Source: Nageia nagi (taxonomy: Eukaryota > Plantae > Pinophyta). Taken from it: a DNA stretch of 64,000 nt. The DNA is taken from positions 94,736,001 through 94,800,000 of the forward strand of contig JBITNC010000001.1 in NCBI GenBank assembly GCA_050084985.1, given 5' to 3'. The translations under genes were made by a program, and so were the position numbers. The notes beneath the pieces are model-generated. The model saw only the letters and a list, made by a program, of their open reading frames with translations, was not told the DNA's origin and searched no databases. Shown piece after piece: positions 51,751 through 64,000 of the stretch. Position 1 is the first letter of the stretch. Each line of letters opens with the position of its first letter.

Positions 51751-52250
51751 TAAAGGATTTAAAATATAACAAAAATAATCCTCAACTCCCAAGATCACAT
51801 GTAAGCTCACAAATCACATATAACAAGCTCACAAAGCAATCTCACAAAGATAACATAAGATATAAGTGGTTCCTTCAACTAGGAGTGCATCCACTAACTT
51901 GATCTCACTTCATTCACAAACATGAATCTCTTACAATTCTCTTAATCTCATCTCTTAAACACTATCCTATAGCATAACTTTACTCCATAAATTGGTGTAT
52001 GGTAACAAAAAGGGAGCCTTCTATTTATAGACCAAAATCCCTCTTTGGATCACCTTTTTACCCAATGTACAAAGGTATGACATGCACTCCCTTTTACCCA
52101 AGGGGCATGCTCATGACATGGAGTATAGGACAAGTTACATTATTATATTCACTTAAATACTTAAGGTATCTAATGATACCCTTAAGTATTAGTGAATTTA
52201 CAAGAAGGATTAATACAAACCTTTACAATAATGCATTATACATTCCAACA
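51751..52250 (-). repeat. 3' LTR of element 2
   Basis: Begins TGTTGGAATG on the minus strand after the PPT; direct repeat of 59603-60089. Confidence 0.93.
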
Positions 52251-52965
52251 CTCCCCCTTAATGCAATATTGAGATAGAGCAAATAAGAGAGAAGAAAGAT
52301 AGAAAGTAAGAGAGTTCTCCTCCAAATAGATACAACAGAGATGAGAACATTTTACATATTTGTGAAGTAAGAAAGATCTAGTTTGAGACTCACTACTTTG
52401 CCAAATACAATCATTAACCATAACCAGTTTCAATGTACATGAAATAGTCATCCAACTGGAATTCATAAAGAGTCTCTAAGAGCTTGCATACCCAAAGTAA
52501 TTAACCTACAATCTCAAAGGAACTTGCAAGTCATAAGTAGCTCAAATAATAAGATCGATTAGATGTAACATATTCATATCAACAAAGATAGATGAATCAA
52601 ATTAAATACCATCATAAACTGATCAATGGTGCACTATAAGTCATCATGAAGATGCTAAGCTAAAACTCATAATCACCTATTGTGTATAAAACATGTGTTG
52701 ATTATTATTACAAAATAGAGCATACGCATACAAGTTTCTCACATATGGATAGCTAAATAGTGCCAAAAGACACATAAGAGTTCCTTACACATGGATAACT
52801 AAATAATGCTAGATTGGCCAATCTTTTGTTCTAAAAATTTGTACAATAAGTTCCTCACATGAAGTGAACCTACCATGAAGGTGTATAAAAAAAATCAACA
52901 CTATACATCACAAGATCCTCTTAAGGGTGAAATTGTCATCATAAATATGAATTTAACATGAGAAT

Positions 52966-55900
52966 TCAAACTTCACTCCCCCTTAAGGCAACTTCACCAA
53001 CCCAATAGCATCCTTAAGCTAACAAAACTAAGCTTCAGGAAGGATCTTGATGAATAAATCAATGGAGTTCAAGGTGGATGGATAATACTCCAGGTGTATG
53101 ATGCTATCAAGAAACTTCTTCTTGATAAAATGGGTCTAGATTTCCACATGTTTTGTTTTCTAATGGAACACAAGATTCTTAGCTAAAGAAATAGCCAACT
53201 AATTATCTAAATAAATCAAAGATGAGTTAGCTTGCTCATACCTAATTTTTGTATTCAGTATTCAACTTCTATGGTGAAAAGGGAAACAGTGGGCTACTTC
53301 TTGGAAGCCCAAGAGATAGCACCTAAACCAATGCTAAACACATATGCAAAGGTTGATTTTATATCATCTCTATCTCCTCTATAGTTAGAATCTGAGAATA
53401 TAGAGAGAATAAATGAGGGCAACTTAGAATACTTGAGAGTAAGATCCTTAGTTCATGAAACATACTAGAAATTTACTTAATAGCATTGAGATGCTCAACA
53501 TATGGTTTTTGCATGAATCATGCCACTAGATTCACTTCAAACACAAAATCTAGCTTAAAAATAGTCAAATATAAAAGACTACCAATTAATTGCCTGTAAA
53601 ATATAGCATTAGCCAACTAAGAGTTGGAGCTCAGAGAAGTAATGATTCTAGGAGAGATTGGGATCATAGCATAGTTACACTTCTCCACTCCAAAATTTTG
53701 TAAGATGTTTGATATATACTTAGATTGATTAAGATAAGTCTTTGTATTGATACACTTGAATTTCAAGATAGTATTGCAAGAAACCAAGATCGATCATTTC
53801 AAATGTTACCTTAAGTTTGGATATGCATTCTTGAATGATTTCATCATTGTTCCTAGTAATCAAAAGATCATCCACATAAAGGAGAATCAAGACCACATCC
53901 TTTCCCTGATTGAGAACATATAAATTAGAGTTAGAAAAACACTTAGAGAATCCAATGTTTGCAAAGTATCTTGAAATCTTTTTGTACCAGGCTATAGGTT
54001 CTTGCTTAAGTCCATACAATGACTTCTTTAGCTTGCACATAGAAGATTCTTTACCTTCCATAATAAACCCTTATAGTTGATTCATGAAGATTTCCATATC
54101 TAAGTCACCATTGAGAAATCCACTCTTAATGTCAAGTTAAAAAAATTTCCATCCTTGAGCTGCAGAAAGGGTAAGGATAATTCTAATAGTAGGCATCTTT
54201 ACCACAGGAGCAAAGGTTTCCTCATAATCTACAATGTGTTTTTGAGAAAAACCTTTGCTTACTAATGTTGCTTTGTATTTCTCAATATTCCCAATAGAAT
54301 TATACTTGACCTTGTAGATCCACTTATTACCAATCATATTTTTCTCATTAGGATCAAGAACCAAGTCCCAAGATTCATTTTTCATAAACACCTCATACTC
54401 CATTTTCATGGCTTCCATCCAGCACTCATTCTTTGAAGCTTCTTTGAAGGATGAGGGCTCATGCTTGTTGTTAATCTTCGTAAATAAGGATTTGTTCAAG
54501 GTCATACTCCTTGTTACCCTTTGTGTTGGAGAGTTTTGTTCCTAAGGTGACTTATCTATATCAATATCCAACTAGCTAAGAGCAACTAATAAGCCATTTG
54601 GATCATCAACATCCTCATTAGAAGCAAATTCTTTAGGAAGTTCATAGAACTTTACATCATTTGAAACAAACATGACTTTGTAGAATGGAGAGTAGAGCTC
54701 GTAACCTCTATGCTAACTATCATAACCAATAAAGATGCATTTTTTAGCTTTTTTGTCTAACTTTTTTCTTTTCTCAAAAATAATATAGGAGAATGCTTCA
54801 CAACAAAACACCTAAGGTGAGAAATGTTAGGTTTTCTTAATGAACATGCCTCAAAAGGTTCTTTACCTTGAATAGTTTTTGTGTGACACCTATTAAGATG
54901 TAAATAGCAATGCTCACAGCTTCACCCCATAAGAAACTAGAAACATTACCTAGCATGCATCTAGCCATCTCCATAATTATCCTATTTTTTCTTTTGGCAA
55001 CACCATTCTGCTAAGGAGTGTAAGGAATCATAAATTACTCTTTATCCTATACTTAGCATAATATTCATTAAACTCATTGCTATTATATTCTTCCCCGTTA
55101 TCTAATCTCAACATCTTGATTTTAAGGTTAGTTTGATTCTCAACTAAGGCCTTAAAATCTTTAAAATCTTAAACGTTTGGTCCTTGTGCTTAAGTAGATA
55201 CCTAAAGGTCATCTTACTAAATTCACCAGTGAAGGTCAAGATGTAATATACTCCCTCAAGTGACTTAGTCTAAAATGGACCCATCAAATCTGAATGTACA
55301 AGTTGAAGTGGTTGATATGCTCTTATTGCCTTATCCTTTTCAAACCTTTATCTATGCATCTTGCTAAGAATGCACTTCTCACATAGACCAATTGAAGGTG
55401 AAATTAAAGGCAAACCTTCCATAAGTTCTTGGTATTTCATGACTCGAATACTTTTGTGGTTAAGATACTTTAAACGATGGTGCCAAATATTTCCTCTAGA
55501 ATACACACTTGTAGCAAGATACATCTTTGTTCAAACTTGATCCATAATGTATAAATCATCTTTCATTGACCTTTTAACCAATGTGGTAAATCTTTTCTTA
55601 ATGCATCAGGATTAAGAGTAAAACTCAAAATAGTACCTTTTCTTGCAACTTGGATCACAGAGAGAAGGTTCATCCTTAGCTTAGGAACATAATGCACATC
55701 TTCAAGAACCTTCTCATGAATCAAGAAACTCCTAATTCTTTGAACTTCAAGGATAGATTTATCACCTATCATAATTACATCTTTCTTATGCTTATGAAAG
55801 TTTTCAAACTTATCATTTTCAAAGCATAGGTGATTATTACAACCAGAATCAACAATCCAATCAGATGAAAAAGTGTGACATATAAAGTAGAGCACTGTAG

Positions 55901-56857
55901 CAAAACTAGCTTGAATAGTCTTCTTTCCTTTGAAATTATTTACATTTCCATTACTTTTGCTCTTTTTCTCTCTTTAATTTTTGTATCAATCAACTTCTTT
56001 GTGAATTTGAATGCCATAATAGTTACAATTTCCATCAAACTTTGCCTAAGGATTTGGATTATTTGCTTTACCTTTTCCATCTCTTTTCTTGAATTGGTTG
56101 TTGTTGTCATTGTTCTTGCTATTGTTGGTGTTGTTCCTATTATTGTCATTACCTCTTTTCTCAAACCTTTTGGAGGAAGAAGGATAAGATTTCTTATGAT
56201 GATTTAACTTCTTCTTAAAAGGAGTTTTGATTACACTTAGAGTAACATTATTATCCTTAGAAGAAGGAATTAACACCTTTTTATTAAGGGTTTCCTCATG
56301 CTTCAAAAGGAGCCTAGAAAGGTTCTTAAGGGAGAAGACTTCTTCTTCATCATCAAGCCTTATTTCTATAACCATCATAAAGTTTCTAAATTTTGAAGAA
56401 AGGCTTTGAAGAATGATGAAGACCATGAATTCATTATTGATCTAATTGCACCTACAAGCAACAAGTTACGTCTTAAGGTCAATGATTTTGTTCAAGTAGA
56501 TAGCCACATTTTCATCTTCCCCTTGATGAGATTGAAGTAATTTTTGGAGAATAGTAAATCTTCTTGAAAACTTTGAACTAAGGTAGATTTTATTAAGTTT
56601 ATCCCAAGCTTCCTTTATCGAGGTTGAAGAGGAAATCATCAGAGCACATCATCTAAAATTGCATGAAAGATCATAGAGGTTGCCAATTCATTCTTCGTGT
56701 TATAAGCCTCTAGTGCATTCTCATCTATAGGATGTATAAGGTTCTCATTCACTATTTTCCAAATCTTCTTTGCCTACAACTCAACTCTCATCTAAAGTTT
56801 CCAAATCCTAAAGTTAGAACCATCAAGAATGTATTTGGGTAAATAGGAGTCTTCCAT
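52966..56857 (-). pseudogene. copia gag-pol of element 2 (many stops and frameshifts)
   Basis: WIVDSGCNNH, EPSSFKEASKNECWMEAM, LKKSLYGLKQ, LYVDDLLI in ORF fragments. ATG at 56857, stop at 52968-52966. Confidence 0.92.
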
Positions 56858-57719
56858 TTGCTACATAAGAATGTGAAAAATAATAAGCATGTGATTCAAT
56901 AAACAACATTATATGTTTAGTTTTAACCAAGTAAGTAATACATGTTACATTTAATTAACTAAGACATGCTTGATTTGATTCATTAATGCAAATGTTTTAC
57001 AATTCAAATAATAATCCATGTAGCCAAATACATTTCTCATTTCAAGAACTGTAGATGTAGATTGACATTGTTGAGGCTTATTTTCTTGTCTAAAATTAGG
57101 CCTTCACTTGGATGTCCACAAAGAGGAGCCCAAGTACTACCAATCCTTAACCAATTTGCTTTGGTCAGTATTATACATTCTCACAAGGAGAAGTACTTAC
57201 TATTTTTTAAGGTTATGATATTTATTGTATCGACTAAATTATTAATCCTGATTAGGTTTCAAGTTATCCTCCTAAGTTATCAAGATAATCTTTGAATGGA
57301 TGTGTGGACATGTGGTATCACTACACATATGCCTATCCACCTATTGGAGTTATGTACAGACCAACAGAGGACTTAGGGTAATGAGAAGTACACACTTTTC
57401 ACCATTTGCATCATCAAACTTAAAAGTTTCCAGTCTACTTGTCCTCACCATATGGCTCTTCAAACAAGTCATGTTGTAGAATGTATGTGTGGATGTGTTT
57501 ATTTTAAGGGGTTTCTCATTTCAATGTTTGTATGTTTATTTGCATAAGCAAATAAATCAAAAATGCAAAACATGAAGTAAAAGAGAATAAGCAAAAAATA
57601 ACATCTATTCAAAAATTGAAACCTAGGTTTTATTTACCAAACCCTAAAGGACATCTTTACATCATTCCTAAATTTGCATAAGTCCATTTTTGCATAAGGA
57701 AGTAAATTGCATTATAAAT

Positions 57720-58100
57720 TAATATTTTAAGTAATAAGCATGCATCATTGACTTAAAAAAAAAAAAACTAAGTCCTAAGCATGCACGTTAACTAAAAATT
57801 AAGTTCTAAAAAACATGCATCATTAACTTAAAAATTAAGTAATAAGCATGCATTTATTAACTTAACAAATAAGTATTAAGCATGCATTTAAGTTAAAATT
57901 TAAATACTAAGCATAAGCATGCAACTCTATAACTTAAAGTAAAAAATTTAGTAGTAAGCATAAGCATGCAACTCTTTAACTTAAACTAAAAAAATTTAGT
58001 ACTAAGCATAAGCATGGAACTCTTTAATTTAAAGTAAAAATTTAGTACTAAACATAAGCATGCAACTCTTTAACTTAAAGTAAAAAATTGGTATGCATAC
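57720..58100. repeat. Tandem repeats in the leader of element 2 (~47-bp x4 plus shorter related units)
   Basis: TAAGCATAAGCATGCAACTCTTTAACTTAAAGTAAAAAATTTAGTAC repeated 57908-58090. Related degenerate units lie in element 1 at ~5090-5460. Confidence 0.85.
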
Positions 58101-59602
58101 TAGATAAAAAATTAAGTAAGAAATTTATACAAATTCCCCCTTTTTACTTAAAGATTTATCCTCTAAAGATAGCATACTAGTTTTACCTTAGAAATTTAAC
58201 TAAGGAAAGAATGTTAAAATAATACTTGCATGCTAAAAAATCTTCTAAGTATTAAAATTATTCCCATTGTTAGAGATAAAGGACATGCTTTTAATAACTT
58301 AGAATGAAAAATTCCTTTTTATAAGCATTTAAATAGACAATAAGTTCCTCCATTTAAACAAGTAAAGTAATCATCAAGTAAGCCTATGAGGAATTAATGA
58401 AGGAGGAAAGCTGTATAAAAAAAAAAAAAAAAATTACTTTTAAATGCAAAATTTGTCTACACACTCCATGTCAGAAATATCATTAATGAGGTATGAATGT
58501 TGAAAAGTAAAAACAACCCAAAACAAAAATTAAAAAATTATTGTCATCCACCCAGAAATAGGTCTTTGTCATAAACATTACTTGTAAGAAAAATTCATCT
58601 ACCAAACTAAATGAAGAGATTTGACAAGGACGTGAGATTGCAAGAAATAGAGGTCCATGCAAGGAGAGGTGGAGAGGAGATTAAGGGGTGAAGGTTGAGC
58701 GGTAAGAGCAAGCGATGGATAGAATCGAGGAACAAATATGGTCGCATGAGGGGTGAGGTTGCGTAAAGGAGAAAATAAGAAAAAACATCGCTCTAACAGT
58801 TAGCACAGGGCAAGGGCCAAGCTGCGAGGGCGGGGAATAGGCTATGCATGAGAGGTGATAGCTTGGAAGCCCAAAAAATATCATTGCACAAGTGAAGGAG
58901 AGGGAGGCAATTGTGAAATAAAGGAGGTCTGTGCACACAGTGAGAGGAGGGCCACACACATAGGGAGAGAAGACTTGGCGGTGCATGAGATGTAGAAAGG
59001 GGCTCGCCATCACAAAAATGCAAATGATCCCGCACGTCTAAAACTAGCAAAGCGATGGTGGAAGGAGTGACTGAGGAGTTGGGTAGGAGTAGCTAAGGTG
59101 GAGTCCATTGGACATACTCCATGCTTCAGTAGAACTTACCAAAGGAAAACAAACTTTCTCTCACCAATGTACAAGAAAATTACATTAAAAAAATGTTTTT
59201 TAATTTTAAATAGCACTTTATTTTAATTTTGAACAACTGAAATAAAAAATCATTGTAAAAAATATATTTAAAAAAGTGTAAAAAAAATTTCAATCTTTGT
59301 TATACAACAATCTATTTGAGAGTTAGTTGCAAAATTAAATTAAATTTAGAGGAACTATCAATATATTGCAAATTCAATTATTTTGAAGGAATGGTGTAAC
59401 AACATATATTTGTAAGCAATTTGTAAGCAAATTTTTTTCACCAATATTAGTAACTCATGAGATAAAAGAATAAGCTTGAAGAAGGGAGGAATTATACCTT
59501 TAAGTGTTTTACCTCACCAATGTAACCTTCAAAGTAATGTTGAGGAGGAGCTTTTCACACCTTGGATGTGAAGAGGAGCTCTCAAGTAGCTCTGATACCA
59601 AA

Positions 59603-60089
59603 TGAAGGATTTGAAACATAAAAAAAACAATCCTCAACTCCTAAGATCACATGTAAGCTCACAAATCACATCTAACAAACTCACAAAGATAACATAAGAT
59701 ATAAGTGGTTCCTCCAACTAGGAGTACATCCACTAACTAGATCTCACTTCATTCACAAATATGAATCTCTTACAATTATCTTAATCTCATCTCCTAAACA
59801 CTATACTATAGCATAACTTTACTCCACAAATTGGTGTATGATAACAAAGAGAGAGCCTTCTATTTATAGGCAAAAATCCCTCTTTGGATCACCCTTTTAC
59901 CCAATGTACAAAGGCATGACATGCACTCCCTTTTACCCAAGGAGCATGCTCATGACATGTAGTGTAGGACAAGTTACATTATTATATTCACTTAAATACT
60001 TAAGGTATCTAATGATACCCTTAAGTATTAGTGAATTTACAAAGAGGATTAATACAAACCTTTACAATAATGCATTATACATTCCAATA
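59603..60089 (-). repeat. 5' LTR of element 2
   Basis: Ends ...CCTTCA 2 nt before the PBS on the minus strand; TATA box CTATAAATA present. Confidence 0.93.
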
Positions 60090-61174
60090 TAGACAAAGAT
60101 CCTTAAGTGAGAGATGTTAGGTTTCTTGCAAAACCAGGCCTCATGTGAGGTAGAATCTTGCATTACTTTGGTTGAGAAGTGACTCAAGATGTAAATAGTA
60201 GTATGGATAAATTCCCTCATAATTTGTTATCCAAGTCCATCTTCTTCAACATGCATCAAGACATTTCAACAAATATCATATTCTTATGTTATGCAATATC
60301 ATTCTGCTAAGGAGTGTAAGTAGTTGAGTATTGCCTCTTGATCCCATGTTGAGTGCAGTGGTCCTTGAAATTAATAGAAAGGAATTCACCATATTTATCT
60401 ATTTGAAATTTCTTTAGAGTATAGTCAAACTAGGTCTCAAAAAATGTTTTGAACTTGAAAAATAGTCAAAAGCATCAAATTTGGCCTGCAACAAGTACAA
60501 CCAACTCATGCAAGAATAATCATTAGTAAAATTAAAAGAATAATCATTAGTAAAATTAACATATACCTACACTAGGTAATGTTGCTAGTTTGCATGGGGC
60601 CGCAAAGGTCCGCATGCACCAATTCAAGGGGTGTCTTGGTATAATATGGGTGGGTGGAAAACTTATCATGATGATATTTCTCATAAATGCAGCTCTCACA
60701 CATAGTGTCTGGTGGATTGGGGAAGGTCAATAAACCTCTCATAAGTTTATGCATTCCCTACAATGGGTTGAAGTTGATATGGTTGAATCACTTGTGCAAT
60801 AGTCATGTAGGATCAACAATGATCTTCAAGCATTTACTAGTAGTTGGTTGCATCTTTAGCATATACATTCCATTCTTATTCATGAGATTAGTGGTGACTA
60901 CTTGGCAATTGGTCTCATTTGTAATTATGCAACTCTTTTTCTTGAAAACTAGCATGTAGTTTTTCAAGCACATCTGACCAATACTTAGGAGATTATGCTT
61001 CAACCCTGAAACATACAATGTGTCATGCATCTGTATAATCTTATCGATCTTTTCTTTGAAAGTAATGGAACCTCTATCGATACTATTGATTTGATTATTA
61101 TCATCAAATCTAACTTTACCAATGAAATTCTCCTTAAGGTTGACAAACAAGATCTTATTTCCAATCATATGATT

Positions 61175-62711
61175 TGACGTAACTGAAAATTAATTCACTC
61201 TACTTTTTTTATAAAACTTTGAGCCTTTAAATAGGCTAAAAATACAAGTAATACCACATGGTTTTAAAATTAGCCTCCATTAACAATTAACTATCACTTT
61301 TCCTATTATTAAAAATCTTATACTATATCTAGATGAGTCCCCAAATGGAACCATGCATCCATTATTCAACACATGCAATTATTCTAAAAATAGAAAATAA
61401 ACTTAAATGCTAAATTCAGGTCGCAAGATGAACTCTTCAAGCCTTAAAATCATCTCATCTAAAGGAGATGTTACGTAATTTTAGGGAATTTGATTCTACA
61501 TGATCTAAAAAAATGGGGCTCAATCAGAAACTCAAATCCAAAGTTACAACATCAATAAGGTGTATCATTTTCCTTTGGTTGAAAAAACTCAAACTCTGAG
61601 TTCCTCTAATTTCAGAAAGTGATCACATTCTGGAATAAGAACCAATCCTCAAGAGTATTACATAGAGCAACATGTAAGATGGATTTGTATTGTTTATGGT
61701 TAACACTCAACCCATGATATTTATGGCTAACACTCAACCCTTTGTATTTATGGATAACACTCAACCCTAAGACTTTCCAAAATGAGAGCAATGTGCAAAG
61801 CAAATCTGTAGATGTTTATGGAAAACATCCAAACTCCTATACTTTCTAAGACCCATTCACCTACATAATCTAAACTCTCCTTCAAGGCCATACAAAGCCT
61901 TTTATAAGTACTTACATGCCAAGTACCTATATTTTTCAAGTGTTTATGGGTAACACTAAACCTGTGGACTTTTCAAAGCCCATCCATCTACATCATCAAA
62001 ACTCTCCCATTTATATTTTTTCATGGTTGCACAAAGCCTTCTACAAAAAATATTCATCCTTAAAAAAGCATATTTTGATGCAAGGAGAACACATATATGG
62101 CATAAATTTTGGCAAATCTCACACCAAAAAATGCACTATTCAACTTTTCCTCCAAAAATTATCACTATTCAAATCCTTCAAAACCCACATGCATGTCTCA
62201 AAAACTATTACCCACATACTTGCAAACTCACTATGAACAAGAGGAGGGGGACTACCAATGGGTAAGTTCCCCCTCACAAGGTAGGATTCTACTTGCTCTA
62301 ATATTAGATGATGTAACTAGAAAATCCACTCTACTATTTTTTATTAAACTTTGGGCCTTTGAATAGGCTAAAAATACAAGTAACACCACATGGTAAAAAT
62401 ACAATTAATACCACATGGTTTTAGCATGTGGTTTTAAAATTAGCCTTTGTTAACAATTAGCCATCACTTTACTTATTGTTAGAAAGCTTATAATATAGCT
62501 AAGATGATGCCTAAAATGGAATCATGCATCCATTATTCAATACATGTAATTATTCTAAAAATAAAAAATAAACTTAAATGTTGCATTTGGGCTGCAAGAT
62601 GAATTCTTCAAGCCTTAAAAAATATCTCCTTTATTTGATTCTACACAATCTAAAAAAATGGGTTCAATTGAACACTCAAATCAAAAGTTAATACCTCAAT
62701 AAGGTGCATCA
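61175..62711 (-). mobile_element. Non-autonomous TRIM-like LTR element (1537 bp) nested in the element 3 protease
   Basis: Direct repeats TGAYGTAAC...GGTGYATCA at 61175-61567 and 62309-62711. TSD TGATT (61170-61174) / TGATC (62712-62716). Decayed PBS at 62306-62295, purine tract next to 61567, non-coding ~740-bp interior. Confidence 0.85.
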
Positions 62712-63760
62712 TGATCGAAAAAAACCATTATCTAGGTACAAAATGTAATCATTAGCAACTTCAAAGTTGATGTGCATCAAAAATAGGTTGACATCACCAT
62801 TGGACCCTTCAGTGAAGTTGGCTTTCTATTGTTTCTTTTTCTTGAAACATTGTTGTTCTATGTGATCATTCTTTCCACAAAAGTTACAATGTTGGAGTCT
62901 AAACTCTAGCTTTGGTTGGCTAATTGGCCTTTTGGGAGGCCTATGCCTCTACCATAGTTTCTTCTTCCATGACCTCATTCACCTTGATCTCTATCTCAAC
63001 CTCTAGAAGACTCTAAGTTGGAGGAAGTAGAAGGTTGGTAATTCATTCTCATCTTGCCTTGAAATGCTTGATCAAGGTTCTCATACCTATCTTTAATACT
63101 TTACTCAAAGGTTTGTAAGCTTCCAAGCAAGTCAATTAGAGCGAGTTGGGATAATTCCTTAAACTCTTTTATTAGAATGATGATGGGGTCAAACCATTTG
63201 GGAAGGCTTCTAAGAACCTTATCAACAATCCAAGGGCCACCAAGAGCCTACAATGAGAATGAATGGTATTGAACAAATTCTAAACTTTGTTCATGAAGTC
63301 CTCAATGTTCTCAACATTAACCATTTTGAGAGATTCAAAGTCTCTTCAAAGCATCTACAGCTTAGTGAATCTAACCTTAATAGAACTCTTATAGGCACAC
63401 TCAAGTGTATCCCAAGCTTCCTTTTAAACTTTGCATTTTGTTATCTTAGGGAAGATTGAAATATATATCCCAATTCATAATGCAAACAAAGTTTTGACAT
63501 CCTTCTTTTGTGTATCCAATAGTTCCTTTTTCTTATATGTTGTGAGTAGTACAAATATCATTGCATCTACTTTTGTGTAACCCTAAGAGACAAGAGTCCA
63601 TAGGTCTTGAGAGAAGAGAAAAGTTCTCATTGTGATGCTCCAATATTCATAGTGTTCACCACTGAACATAGGGATCTATAATTGCATGGAATTTTCATCT
63701 TTTTGGATCCATTTAACCTAATAAATCAAATAGCTCTAATACCAAATAAAGAATTTTAAG

Positions 63761-64000
63761 TGTCACGATTACTAGAATGATTATCGTGGTCAAATCTAAA
63801 GTAGCCACGGTTAAGAAATGAGCTAGTCATAGTCAAACTTAGTCATCATATAGAAGAATGGAGTTTTTGGGATCAAGAACAATGCAAAAGTTAGATTATT
63901 GTACTTTGAGACTGATAACATAAAGGGGCCTTACTATGATGAGGGGAGGTAAAATACAAAATATCACCCTATATAGTTGATAAGATCAGTAGGTAGATCA
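63761..64000. mobile_element. Possible further LTR beginning inside the element 3 5' LTR
   Basis: TGTCACG start 14 bp beyond the element 3 LTR boundary. Runs off the window, so it cannot be verified. Confidence 0.25.

Larger units (their letters stand above)
51751..60089 (-). mobile_element. Full-length Ty1/copia LTR retrotransposon (element 2, 8339 bp), same family as element 1
   Basis: LTRs 59603-60089 and 51751-52250 (~29 substitutions + a 13-bp indel, ~94%). PBS TGGTATCAGAGC at 59600-59589, PPT AAGGGGGAG at 52259-52251. gag-pol colinear with element 1. Confidence 0.95.
50750..63760 (-). mobile_element. Older Ty1/copia element 3, 3'-truncated, host of two nested insertions
   Basis: PBS TGGTATTAGAGC (63744-63733). 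gag 'IPMFSGEHYEYWSITMRTFLFSQDLW' from ATG ~63712. Protease split at 62712/61174. Integrase 'PLELVHADLCGPMQ'; 'KPNISHLRIF|GSTYYVHIPKE' split by element 2. RT 'LKKALYGLKQAP' ~50880. RNase H and 3' LTR not seen. Confidence 0.88.

Noticed and set aside
51999-52277. Duplicated small protein (with 59838-60092)
   Set aside because: Both ORFs lie antisense within the two LTRs of element 2, so their similarity only reflects LTR identity.

Overview
Eukaryotic nuclear DNA from a large-genome land plant. A gymnosperm is my inference from the heavy CG/CHG depletion and deep layers of decayed retroelements; no taxon marker is present. The window holds one intact host gene, a 4-exon nuclear gene for chloroplast elongation factor G (minus strand, 40275-45111, 774 aa). 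It also holds an intronless, frameshifted, divergent type I MADS-box gene (minus, 28943-29680) whose MADS domain the ORF track misses. The rest is mostly transposon material: two full-length Ty1/copia elements of one family (2760-11313 +; 51751-60089 -), a truncated LTR of that family, an older copia hosting nested insertions including a 1.5 kb TRIM-like element, Ty3/gypsy, L1 and RTE remnants, a tRNA-derived SINE, a foldback MITE and several tandem arrays. The best candidate for an undescribed system is the copia family's architecture. Both copies have a conserved splice donor just after the PBS and an acceptor directly before the gag ATG, defining a putative 2.7-2.8 kb 5'-UTR intron that carries copy-specific GC/CpG-rich cargo, tandem repeats and a conserved non-coding block. 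Both also have a second polypurine tract inside a conserved stem at the pol stop. Identities and counts were done by eye and are approximate.
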